Shown here one piece after another: positions 28,351 through 37,324 of a stretch of 64,000 nucleotides of DNA (positions are counted from its first letter, which is position 1; each line of letters begins with the position of its first letter). Source of the DNA: an uncultured Eubacteriales bacterium (GTDB taxonomy: Bacteria; Bacillota; JAAYKD01); NCBI GenBank assembly GCA_964425745.1, contig CAYRNW010000006.1:1499-65498 (forward strand). Reading direction: 5' to 3'. A program made the position numbers and the translations under genes. The notes under the pieces were generated by a model. That model was not told where the DNA came from. It saw nothing but the letters and a program-made list of their open reading frames with translations, and ran no database searches.

Positions 28351-28420
28351 AATTATGGGAGTGAAATAGGGAGCAATTTATAGCGATTTTCTTTGACGTT
28401 TAAGAGCTAAAACAATAATG

Positions 28421-28514
28421 TTGACATATTCCCGCGAACGAGCAAAAAACGTTGACCTGTTTCCGCGAACAGATAATACCCATAAAAACCATGCTCGACC
28501 TATTCCCGCGAACG
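28421..28514. repeat. Three direct repeats of a 20-bp unit TTGAC(A/C)TNTTYCCGCGAAC(G/A)
   Basis: Copies at 28421-28440, 28452-28471 and 28495-28514, spaced 31 and 43 bp. Confidence 0.7.
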
Positions 28515-28722
28515 TGCAAAATGAAAAATACAGACCAGACATCGGGATGAGCCTATCGTTCCATGTTGAGACGGTAGTCTGGATGTCAAGGGTGGTGAAG
28601 TAGAGCAAAAAGGTGCTGATAATCGCTGAAAAAGAACCATTTTGAGTGGAAATTCATGAAAAATATTGCATGGTTTCCGAGTAAGTGGGAACACATCCAA
28701 TTTAGTGATTTTTGTTTGACAG

Positions 28723-28820
28723 ATCAAGATAGATGTTTTGCATTTTTGAGGGTTCACGAGTAGTCAAGTTAGATATTTAATGGTTTTTAGCGGGCGCGAG
28801 AGGTCAAGTTAGATGTGAAC
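28723..28820. repeat. Three direct repeats (RTCAAGWTAGATRT ... TTTTTG) with about 40-bp periodicity, iteron-like
   Basis: Copies beginning 28723, 28764 and 28803. Each is followed by a T-run 8-12 nt downstream. Confidence 0.7.
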
Positions 28821-28873
28821 CGTTTTTGTGAGAAGAATGTTATACAAAAAAGGTCTGATTGAGGGGTTATAGC

Positions 28874-29944
28874 ATGATTGATGAACAGAATATCCTTTTT
28901 AGCAAAGAAAACACGATTGAAAAACTAATGTCGAACAATCGCAAGGGGAATGAGGACTTTAATGAAACGATGTTATCCACACTACTTCTAATGGGGTGGG
29001 TGCTAATTTTACTGCCGTTGTTGGCGGTTCCCTTTAGCAACACGAAGGAGGGTGTTATCCCTGCATATCTGCTAGCATTCGCAGCATTTCTTGCTTTGTT
29101 TCTATTATATAAAGTTCCAAGCATGAAAAAGTATACTCTAGTGGGATTGTATCTCGGCTTCTCGGTTTTGTTCCTTTTAGGGATTTACCTTAGCGTTATT
29201 CACTCACCCAATATGCGTGCGACCGTTTTACTTGGTGGTTTCATTCTCATGCCACTTAGTTTTATTGACCGACTACATCGGAAAATACTGTTTCTAGCTC
29301 TCTGGTTAGGGGTTCATACCTTATTGGCTTACTATCTGAAACCATTATTGGTACTTGATGATACGATTAATTGCCTTATGGCAGCTATTCTAGGATGTTT
29401 TCTCGGCAACACATTGATGCGGGTGCGGTTGGAAAGCCTTGAGGCAAGACGCTTACTCATTATAGAAAAAGGAACCGATGAGTTAACAGGGTTACCTAAT
29501 CGACGCAAACTATATGAGACTCTGACGATGTTGGAGGGTTCTGATGTTGAAAAGCCTACTGGAATCATGATGCTCGATATTGATCACTTTAAAGACTTCA
29601 ACGATCAATACGGACATGTTCCTGGTGATAGATACTTGAGGTTCTTTGCCGAAGTATTAACCAATTTCACAAAGGTTTTTCGTTGGCATTTTTATCGTTT
29701 TGGCGGTGAGGAATTCGTCGCAATAGCTTATGGTTATGATAAAGATGAGTTATACTCCATAGCTGAAAGTCTTCGTGTGGCTGTTCAAAGAGCAGACATG
29801 GAAGGGTATAGCACTACCGTTAGTATCGGTGTTGCATACTGCGGCGAAGAGCAAGTTGCAAATTACGAAAAGGTAATAGAGCGAGCGGACAATGCCGCGT
29901 ATACAGCAAAACGCTCGGGGCGGAACATTGTGTGCATGGAGTAA
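28874..29944 (+). CDS. Membrane-anchored GGDEF-domain diguanylate cyclase
   Basis: 5-6 N-terminal TM helices. GGEEF active site (RFGGEEFV). GAGGGG SD 7 nt before ATG 28874. Confidence 0.85.
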   Translation: MIDEQNILFSKENTIEKLMSNNRKGNEDFNETMLSTLLLMGWVLILLPLLAVPFSNTKEGVIPAYLLAFAAFLALFLLYKVPSMKKYTLVGLYLGFSVLFLLGIYLSVIHSPNMRATVLLGGFILMPLSFIDRLHRKILFLALWLGVHTLLAYYLKPLLVLDDTINCLMAAILGCFLGNTLMRVRLESLEARRLLIIEKGTDELTGLPNRRKLYETLTMLEGSDVEKPTGIMMLDIDHFKDFNDQYGHVPGDRYLRFFAEVLTNFTKVFRWHFYRFGGEEFVAIAYGYDKDELYSIAESLRVAVQRADMEGYSTTVSIGVAYCGEEQVANYEKVIERADNAAYTAKRSGRNIVCME

Positions 29945-30036
29945 ATTCGATAGGAGATAAGGAAGCGAAAATCGTCTTCCAACATATTCACAATGTTGAT
30001 TATTTGTATTAAAAGAGGTATAGAAAGAGGTAAAAT

Positions 30037-30696
30037 ATGTCAATTGTTACTGTAGATTTCGATGGAACTTTATATAAGCATAATTCTGTAAAGGCGATGC
30101 TTAAAGCCGGAAAGAAAGTATTTACTTTAAAGCAATGGAGTTTAATAGCCATAAATTTTCTTTCCGGTTGTGTAAATAGAGATAAAGGAGATAAAATAGA
30201 CCTTCGAGTTATTTTACTAAAATCGTTTTTTTACCAAATGAAAGGAAAAAGCGTTGAAGAAATGCATGCGTTTTTTGGGGCCATACTCAATACGGATCGT
30301 CAGAATATTAATTATAACTTGGTGTTAAGAATAAAGAATCATTTGGAAATGGGAGATCGCGTGATCATTTTATCGGGAGCCTTGCAACCTTTTCTTGAAG
30401 AAGTTATACGGCAGCTGGGAATTCGGGCAGATGCAATTGGGACCTCTTTACTTTATGATGAGAGTGGAATCTGTACAGGTGAAATCGGTAGAATAAACCG
30501 TGGAACTGATAAAGTAGAAAAATTGAAGCTTTGGATAGAGGAAAATGATGCCAGCGGAGAACCGCTTTGGGCATATGCAGATAGCGAATCAGATATTCCT
30601 CTACTGGAATTTGCAGATAAGGCAGTTGTTGTTAACCCGACAGAAACAATGAAAAAAATTGCTGAATCAAAGGGATGGGAAATTTTTATTAACTAG
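30037..30696 (+). CDS. HAD-superfamily hydrolase (HAD-IB/phosphoserine phosphatase-like)
   Basis: Motif I VDFDGTL at the N-terminus. 219 aa. Confidence 0.7.
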   Translation: MSIVTVDFDGTLYKHNSVKAMLKAGKKVFTLKQWSLIAINFLSGCVNRDKGDKIDLRVILLKSFFYQMKGKSVEEMHAFFGAILNTDRQNINYNLVLRIKNHLEMGDRVIILSGALQPFLEEVIRQLGIRADAIGTSLLYDESGICTGEIGRINRGTDKVEKLKLWIEENDASGEPLWAYADSESDIPLLEFADKAVVVNPTETMKKIAESKGWEIFIN

Positions 30697-30728
30697 GCAC
30701 AAAACTCTTGACAGACCCGACAGACTCT

Positions 30729-32420
30729 TTATGCTCGTTTTGATCTAAAAGTCGCAATAATCAATGCCACTAAAGTAATTGCTGCCAGGACTAGGCTGAT
30801 GCTTAGTGTTATGCTTCCGACAGTTATAAAATCAGTTTTTTCCAGACCAGTTAAACTCAATCCAACGAATGTTCCTGCAATTACAATACTTAAAGATAGT
30901 AAAATTAGGCTGATTGTTAACCGCGTAAAAGCCCTGTCAAATTTCAGCACATACCGTTCTGCCTCTTCCATTTTAAATTGTAATGTAAAGTTATCCTGTT
31001 CTATCTTCCCAAGAAAATTTAGCAAAACAGACGGGAGCTTTCTAACTAGATTACCATAATCCATTGCCCCACTCAAGATTTCCTTGCTGATTTTCTCGGG
31101 GGAAATTAAATTGAAAATTAATTTACCTGCGATTGGTTCAGCAATTTCCAGAATATTTAGATCTGGATCAAGTTTCTCAACTAACCCTTCCAAAGTAATA
31201 AGGGATTTAGCAAGCATAGTAAATTCCCCTGGGATTTTAATATTGTAAGTATATGCTAAATCGAAGATATCGTTGAAAATTTCACCGATATTTATTTCAC
31301 TCAATGGGAGAGACAAGACTTGATCTCTTAATCGGTCAATATCTTTTTCTAGTTTCCTCATATTGATACTTTCTGATGTTGCATCAAGTTCAATAATTGC
31401 TTGTATGATTAGTTTACTATTTTTTAAAGTTATTCCGACCAGCATTTTCAGGAATTGGTTTTTTCCATGAGGGCTTAATTGCCCTACCATACCTAAATCT
31501 AAAAAAGCTATGGTATTATTCTCAAGCACCATTATATTACCGGGATGAGGGTCCCCGTGAAAGAAACCATCTCTCAATATCTGATATAAAATAGAGTTAG
31601 CTAAGTTTTTTGCTATTATTGTCCTATTTAACCCTAATTGATCTAACGCTTCAAAATTCTTTAACGAGGTTCCTTTGATTTCTTCCATTGTTAGAACACG
31701 ACTCGTAGTATGAATCCAGCTAATGTTCGGAACAATTACATTAGCATCATCCTTAAAATTCACTTTAAACTTCTCAGCATTTTCTCCTTCCAATCTGAAG
31801 TCTAATTCATTTGTTATGGTGGTCTCAAACTCTTCCGCCATTTTGCTGAAGCTATATAGTTTTCCAAACCTAGTTCGATTATCGACAAAATCAGCTAAAT
31901 CTTTTAGTATCCCCAAATCAAGTTCGATATTTTTCTCTATATTTGGCCTTTGAACTTTTACTACCACATCTTTCCCCGATAATAATTTAGCACGATGAAC
32001 TTGCCCAATTGAAGCTGCAGCTATAGGCTCCGCAATAAATTCTCTAAATATGTTTTCAAGTTTATCTCCCAATTCATATTCTATTACTTTCTTTACATCA
32101 CTAATTGGAAATGGGGCGACCGCATCTTGTAGTTTTTCCATCTCGTGTACAATTTCGCGAGGTAATAAATCCGGTCTAGTGCTCATAATTTGTCCGATTT
32201 TTATAAATGTCGGTCCCAACTCTTCGAAGGATAATCTAAGTCTTTCACCTACTGATGATTTTATAAGTTCCCTTTCATTATATTCTTTGGGTTCCTCCTC
32301 AATTTTAAGATGTTTTAAGATACCCAATTTATCCATTAAAGCGCTAAATCCATGGTTTGCAAAAGTCCTAACAATCTGCTTCGACCTCTTAAGCTTTCTA
32401 TATCTGCTAACCGCCATCAT
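30729..32420 (-). CDS. ABC1/UbiB family atypical protein kinase with C-terminal TM helices
   Basis: AASIGQVHRAKL and FFHGDPHPGNIMV kinase-like motifs. 563 aa. Confidence 0.85.
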   Translation of the reverse strand: MMAVSRYRKLKRSKQIVRTFANHGFSALMDKLGILKHLKIEEEPKEYNERELIKSSVGERLRLSFEELGPTFIKIGQIMSTRPDLLPREIVHEMEKLQDAVAPFPISDVKKVIEYELGDKLENIFREFIAEPIAAASIGQVHRAKLLSGKDVVVKVQRPNIEKNIELDLGILKDLADFVDNRTRFGKLYSFSKMAEEFETTITNELDFRLEGENAEKFKVNFKDDANVIVPNISWIHTTSRVLTMEEIKGTSLKNFEALDQLGLNRTIIAKNLANSILYQILRDGFFHGDPHPGNIMVLENNTIAFLDLGMVGQLSPHGKNQFLKMLVGITLKNSKLIIQAIIELDATSESINMRKLEKDIDRLRDQVLSLPLSEINIGEIFNDIFDLAYTYNIKIPGEFTMLAKSLITLEGLVEKLDPDLNILEIAEPIAGKLIFNLISPEKISKEILSGAMDYGNLVRKLPSVLLNFLGKIEQDNFTLQFKMEEAERYVLKFDRAFTRLTISLILLSLSIVIAGTFVGLSLTGLEKTDFITVGSITLSISLVLAAITLVALIIATFRSKRA

Positions 32421-32453
32421 TAATCACCACACAATCTAATCTCATTCTCTGTT

Positions 32454-32500
32454 AAAAAAAGCAGATATAGATTGATAGAAGATCTTTCATCTATATCTGC
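32454..32500 (-). terminator. Rho-independent terminator downstream of degV (12-bp stem GCAGATATAGAT/ATCTATATCTGC followed by U7 on minus strand)
   Basis: Inverted repeat 32461-32472 / 32489-32500, with A7 at 32454-32460 on the plus strand. Confidence 0.7.
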
Positions 32501-32557
32501 TTCAGCGTTTTAAAGCTAAATAATCCTATTGAAATTTCAGTGAACCAGACAGCAGAG

Positions 32558-33424
32558 TTACCTTTCTTTTCCTAGAAAAAACAAACCCACTAGTCCCGGC
32601 CCGGTATGGGTTCCAATAATTGGCCCCAGAATATTTATAACTACGTCATGGGGTGTTGTCTCGCTTAGAATCAGTGATTTTAGATACTCCGCATCTTCTA
32701 GGCAATCTCCATGGGCAATAAATATCCGCTGTTCTTCTGGGTTAACTGCCCGAGTTTTATATTCATCAAATAAAGCTCTAATTGACTTCTTTCTACCTCT
32801 GATTTTTTTTGCAACGATTAGACTCCCATCATTAGAAACAATTAAAACCGGTTTAACTTCTAACAACCCCCCTATAGCTGCGCTGGCTGTTGAAATGCGC
32901 CCCCCTCTCTTTAGATGCTCCAGGTTATCTATAGTAAACCAATGATTTACTTTTAGTTTGTTAAACTCAATCCAGTCTACGATTTCTTGTTTAGATTTTC
33001 CTTGTTTTAACATTTCGCATGCATAAGATACCAATAAGCCCTGACCAATCGAAGCGCTTTTCGAATCGATTACAGTTATATCCGCTTCTGGATTCATTTC
33101 CATAAGCTCATTTCTAGCCAGAACCGAACCATTAAAGGTTTCACTTAGAGCAGATGAAAAACCTATATAGATAATTGAATCTCCTTTTGAAACAAACCTA
33201 CTAAATTCATTAACAAAGGTAAAAGCAGTAATTTGTGCAGTTACCGGCATACCGCCCTTTCGAATTTTATCGTAAAAATCTTTATGGCTTAAGGATTTTC
33301 CAAAATCATCTGTGTAGTTAATCCCATTTAGTTCAAAGGTAAATGGGATAATATGTATATTGTTTTGGTAGATATATTCGACGGGTAAATCACAATTCGA
33401 ATCAGTAACTATAACTATTCCCAT
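32558..33424 (-). CDS. DegV family fatty-acid-binding protein
   Basis: N-terminal GIVIVTDSNCDLP, a DegV hallmark. AGGAG SD 8 nt before ATG 33424. Confidence 0.85.
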   Translation of the reverse strand: MGIVIVTDSNCDLPVEYIYQNNIHIIPFTFELNGINYTDDFGKSLSHKDFYDKIRKGGMPVTAQITAFTFVNEFSRFVSKGDSIIYIGFSSALSETFNGSVLARNELMEMNPEADITVIDSKSASIGQGLLVSYACEMLKQGKSKQEIVDWIEFNKLKVNHWFTIDNLEHLKRGGRISTASAAIGGLLEVKPVLIVSNDGSLIVAKKIRGRKKSIRALFDEYKTRAVNPEEQRIFIAHGDCLEDAEYLKSLILSETTPHDVVINILGPIIGTHTGPGLVGLFFLGKER

Positions 33425-33470
33425 TTCAACCACTCCTAAAATAAGGGATTTTAACTAACCAATCAAATGT

Positions 33471-33821
33471 CTATTTTCTGAGCTCACTAATATCCTTTTT
33501 TGTCGCTATTTCTTTCTCTTTTAAAACATCGGTTAAAACTTCTCTTATAATCCTTTTTAAGTCCTCTTTCTCTATAATATCCTCTTTGCGAGCAATATCT
33601 TTTGCTTCCAGTGCTTCTAAAATTTCATCCTTGACCATTTTCTTAAAATCTTCTTGTTGCTCTTCGCCTTTTTTGACTAAGTCATTAACCAGGTCTTTAG
33701 CGTCTTTCCTAGCGACTTCCCCTTTATTCACCAATTCGTCAACTATATCTTCGATTTTTTCTCTTGAGTAAGAGAATAACCCTAACCCTAAATTGAGCGA
33801 CTTTTCGATTAATCCGGACAT
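33471..33821 (-). CDS. Phasin-like protein (PHA granule-associated family)
   Basis: GLIEKSLNLGLGLFSYSREKIEDIVDELVNKGE matches the phasin family pattern. GTGAGGT SD before ATG 33821. Confidence 0.5.
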   Translation of the reverse strand: MSGLIEKSLNLGLGLFSYSREKIEDIVDELVNKGEVARKDAKDLVNDLVKKGEEQQEDFKKMVKDEILEALEAKDIARKEDIIEKEDLKRIIREVLTDVLKEKEIATKKDISELRK

Positions 33822-33846
33822 AATAAAATACCTCACTTTCATATAT

Positions 33847-34422
33847 TTAATCAAATAGAATTAGCATAGCGTTTAAAGCTTCTGGTAATTTTTTATCTTG
33901 GTCAAGTAAAACCTGAATACCCGTTCCAAACATCGACCCCAAAATCAAACGAGACAAATCCTTAGTAGCATAGCCTTTTAATTCCTTTAATTGAAGGTCA
34001 TTAAAAATATACGTTTCAATCATGTTCGATAAATCTTTAAACAATTCACTCAGTAGACTACTGAATACTGGAGACCAAATGGCTAAACCAGTAAAATCAT
34101 AGAGCAATCTGAAAAGCTCTGGATTATTCTGCAGCATGTTTTCGAAGTAATTAATCAAGCCAATTACTCTTTTTCTAGGCGAGATTTCCTGCTTTAATGA
34201 CGCTTCAATCTCTTTTAAATATCTTGATGTCATCATCCCTACAACCTCTTTAAACAAACCCTCCTTATTTTTAAAATAATAATTCAATTGACTTAAAACT
34301 ACTCCTGCCTCATCGGCAATATCTCTCATTGAAACATTTGCATAACCTCTAGTTGATATACAGGCATAAGCTGCTAGTAATATTTTCTCTGATTGAGTTC
34401 TTACATTTGTTCCAATAATCAC
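33847..34422 (-). CDS. TetR/AcrR family transcriptional regulator
   Basis: N-terminal HTH ILLAAYACISTRGYANVSMRDIADEAGVVLSQLNYYF. GTG start with GAGGTGA SD. Confidence 0.85.
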   Translation of the reverse strand: MIIGTNVRTQSEKILLAAYACISTRGYANVSMRDIADEAGVVLSQLNYYFKNKEGLFKEVVGMMTSRYLKEIEASLKQEISPRKRVIGLINYFENMLQNNPELFRLLYDFTGLAIWSPVFSSLLSELFKDLSNMIETYIFNDLQLKELKGYATKDLSRLILGSMFGTGIQVLLDQDKKLPEALNAMLILFD

Positions 34423-34696
34423 TATAACTTCACCTCACAATTCGGTCATTCGTCCGATTTAATTTTATTGTATTTTGATGATTTTGTCAATAACAAAAAT
34501 TATGATTTCTAGTTCAGATTGCTGTAATCGTATCACCTATTATAATTGTCAGCGAAAGCGAATATTGGCGCCGTTGTAGTTGCAAATATCAGTTCAGTTG
34601 TGAACTTGATACTGGTATTTTTTAGTGTAGCATAATCTCGCGTTTCAGACTCTACTTTTAAGGAGCACTCCAAGATTGCTGTTCTAGTTGAGCCAA

Positions 34697-34733
34697 TAAA
34701 AACCCCTCGAGCAAGAACTCGAGGGGTTTTTAT
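34697..34733. terminator. Bidirectional rho-independent terminator (CCCCTCGAG-loop-CTCGAGGGG flanked by A5/T5)
   Basis: Read directly. Lies immediately 3' of the minus-strand hsp20 gene. Confidence 0.8.
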
Positions 34734-34754
34734 TACCTTATCTAACAATCTACC

Positions 34755-35207
34755 TTATTCAATTTCAATTTTGCGGTTGGAAACAGTTTGGGTTTCTTTG
34801 GGAACCGAGATGAAGAGTACACCTTCTTCCAATTTGGCTTTAATGTCGCTGGTCTTGACATTGGCTAAACGGATACTGCGGCTCATAGAACCATAGCGGC
34901 GTTCGCGGTGGATAAAGTTCTTTTCGTCTTTATTCACTTCTTCGTTCCGGCGGACAACAATGCAGAGGCTGTCGTTTTCCATACCTACTTCAATTTCTTC
35001 TTTTTTCACACCCGGTAACTCTGCCTCAATGCGGTACTCGGAATCGGTCTCTTCAATGTCAATTTTGAAGGTATCACTTACCAAGCTTCGGCCTGACAGC
35101 AGATTATCGCTGAAAAAGTCGTCAAGCATGTTGTAAAAATCATCAAAACTTGAACTTGAGCGTGCGAGACCGGTGTTCCTTCTGTTAAAGGGAATCAGTC
35201 CTGACAT
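34755..35207 (-). CDS. Hsp20/alpha-crystallin family small heat-shock protein
   Basis: Alpha-crystallin domain FKIDIEETDSEYRIEAELPGVKKEEIEV..GVLFISVPK. AAGGAG SD 9 nt before ATG 35207 (the ORF-track start at 35342 has no SD). Confidence 0.85.
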   Translation of the reverse strand: MSGLIPFNRRNTGLARSSSSFDDFYNMLDDFFSDNLLSGRSLVSDTFKIDIEETDSEYRIEAELPGVKKEEIEVGMENDSLCIVVRRNEEVNKDEKNFIHRERRYGSMSRSIRLANVKTSDIKAKLEEGVLFISVPKETQTVSNRKIEIE

Positions 35208-35360
35208 GATCAACAACTCCTTTTTGTGTTTTTTTGTTAGCACTCTCTCTTGACGAGTGCTAACTATTTTATACCACTGGATGGCTTTCTTGTCAAGAGA
35301 GTTCACAAAAACTTCAAAATTTGCCATTCGGCAAAATCTCAACCAATTGGGCCTTCCATT

Positions 35361-36908
35361 TTATTCTATAATCACACCGGACTTGAATTCCACAGTATAT
35401 TTGTCCTCATAAACAATAACCTTCTCAATTAAATGCCGGACGATCCCATCGTCATAGTTAATCAAGAAAGAAGTTTGTTGCTGCATAAAATTACTCATAT
35501 CGGAAATGCGTTTCTTCAAATCTTCTTGCCTCATATTATTTAGCTCTGCCTTTTGCTTTTCTTCCTTCAGCCTTGCAATCTCATCAGCAACATCATCATA
35601 ATCTGCTTTGGAGTTCACCCGTTTCACGAGCTTAGCCTGAAGAATCTCTAATTGATTAGCAACTTCTGTTAGATCGGGGCTTTGCTCTTCTTGTAAGGCT
35701 TTCTGTATATTTTCCTGCAAGATCTTAAGATAGTCATTCTTCTCGCACAACACCTTGTTAATCGCTTTCACTAGAGTCTCCTCAAGATTTGGTTCACTCA
35801 CTGTTCTTGCATCGCAGAATACCCCGGTATTTTCAAGCCGACTTACACATCGCCAGACAACTGACTTTTTGCCATGGTTGTTCCAATGAACGCGTCTAAA
35901 GACCTCGCCACAATTTCCACAAATGATCTTGTTCGCTAAGGTGTGATTGCTGCTGAATTTACGATTCTGGCCATTAGGACTGGTGTGAATGATCCGACGC
36001 CTAATCAATTCCTCTTGTACTCGCATGAAGATTTCACGCGGGATAATGGCTTCATGGCTATTTTCTACATAATACTGAGGAACGATACCGTGGTTTTTCA
36101 CTCTAGTTTTATTTAAAAAATCTGTGGTATAAGTCTTTTGCAAAAGGGCATCACCGATATACTTCTCATTTCTTAAGATCTGATTAATGTTACCTGTATG
36201 CCACTTGGTACGACCCGAACCGTTCTTGATGCCATCCGCCATCAGACCTCGAGCGATTTTAAGAAGACTATTACCTTCGAGGTATTCTCTATAGATGCGC
36301 TTTACGGTTTCTGCTTCTTCTGGAACAATCACTAAGCGCTTGTTCTCATCTTTGGTGTAACCGAGAAACCACTTGCAGTTCACCTGAATCTCACCTTGCT
36401 GGTAGCGATATTGCAAACCCATTTTCACATTCTGACTTAAGGATTGACTTTCTTGCTGGGCCAGGGAAGCCATAATGGTAAGCATGACTTCACCTTTAGA
36501 ATCCATGGAGTTTATGTTCTCTTTCTCAAAGAAAACCGGAATACTTTTTTCTTTCAACTGGCGGATAAACTTTAGACAATCCAATGTGTTTCGGGCAAAT
36601 CGGCTGATTGACTTGGTAATGACCATGTCAATATTCCCAGCCATACACTCGTCAATCATGCGGTTAAACTCTTCACGCTTTTTGGTGTTGGTACCGGAAA
36701 TACCGTCATCAGCGAAGATACCGGCCAATTCCCAATCTGGGTGTCCTGTAATATAAGCTGTATAGTGATCTATTTGGGCTTCATAACTGGTTGCTTGTTC
36801 CTCGCTATCGGTAGAAACTCGGCAATAAGCTGCTACTCTTAGTCTTGGCTTTTCTTCACCTTTGACCTTTCGGGTGTGTTTCCTTGCGGGGATAAGGGTT
36901 ACATTCAT
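35361..36908 (-). CDS. Large serine recombinase (resolvase catalytic domain + recombinase domain + zinc ribbon)
   Basis: [16 protein letters not shown] catalytic Ser region. Recombinase domain. C-terminal C..C...C..C region and coiled coil. AAAGGAAG SD 8 nt before ATG 36908. Confidence 0.85.
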   Translation of the reverse strand: MNVTLIPARKHTRKVKGEEKPRLRVAAYCRVSTDSEEQATSYEAQIDHYTAYITGHPDWELAGIFADDGISGTNTKKREEFNRMIDECMAGNIDMVITKSISRFARNTLDCLKFIRQLKEKSIPVFFEKENINSMDSKGEVMLTIMASLAQQESQSLSQNVKMGLQYRYQQGEIQVNCKWFLGYTKDENKRLVIVPEEAETVKRIYREYLEGNSLLKIARGLMADGIKNGSGRTKWHTGNINQILRNEKYIGDALLQKTYTTDFLNKTRVKNHGIVPQYYVENSHEAIIPREIFMRVQEELIRRRIIHTSPNGQNRKFSSNHTLANKIICGNCGEVFRRVHWNNHGKKSVVWRCVSRLENTGVFCDARTVSEPNLEETLVKAINKVLCEKNDYLKILQENIQKALQEEQSPDLTEVANQLEILQAKLVKRVNSKADYDDVADEIARLKEEKQKAELNNMRQEDLKKRISDMSNFMQQQTSFLINYDDGIVRHLIEKVIVYEDKYTVEFKSGVIIE

Positions 36909-36913
36909 TCCCG

Positions 36914-37324
36914 TCACTTCCTTTCGATTAAACTATAAGCATACTCTGCTTGTTGAAATGGGTCGTCAAAATGCTTTAGACCTTCGTTCATTCGGAAGGA
37001 GGTAGGGAAGACGACTTCTTTTTTATTTTTGAGGGACTTAGTTCTACCAAGTTTCAAAGCGCGCCGTTCTCGTTCTTCCTGAACTTTCATGAACAATTCC
37101 TCATCAATAATCGGTGGGTAGAAATCATCACCCAGATATCGTTTGTTCTGAAGAAACAAGCCAACTGCAGAATGAGTTGCATTCATTTCCGCTTTTTTCG
37201 CAGCTGAAGATAAGGAGTCTCCAGATAAGTAGCAAATAAAAAGCATCCGAACCTGTGCGGCAGTGCTCTCTTCAATTACCGCTCTCGCATTCTCAATCTT
37301 ATACCCATAAGGAATGTAACTCAT
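36914..37324 (-). CDS. Recombinase-domain-only fragment or partner (serine recombinase middle domain, lacks catalytic N-terminal domain)
   Basis: [55 protein letters not shown] matches the Recombinase (PF07508-like) domain. TAATG overlap with the upstream recombinase. Confidence 0.55.
   Translation of the reverse strand: MSYIPYGYKIENARAVIEESTAAQVRMLFICYLSGDSLSSAAKKAEMNATHSAVGLFLQNKRYLGDDFYPPIIDEELFMKVQEERERRALKLGRTKSLKNKKEVVFPTSFRMNEGLKHFDDPFQQAEYAYSLIERK

Noticed and set aside
28378-28757. Three small ORFs (76, 61 and 85 aa) in the 28.35-28.87 kb region; also considered a degenerate CRISPR array
   Set aside because: The ORFs merely translate the direct repeats. The repeats are not identical and have irregular 31/43 and 41/39 bp spacing. 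They occur in only three copies and no cas genes are present, so this is not CRISPR.
28600-28873. Possible c-di-GMP riboswitch upstream of the GGDEF gene
   Set aside because: No GEMM-like conserved GGCAAA / ACGCAAAGC-type elements or a P1/P2 architecture could be recognised.
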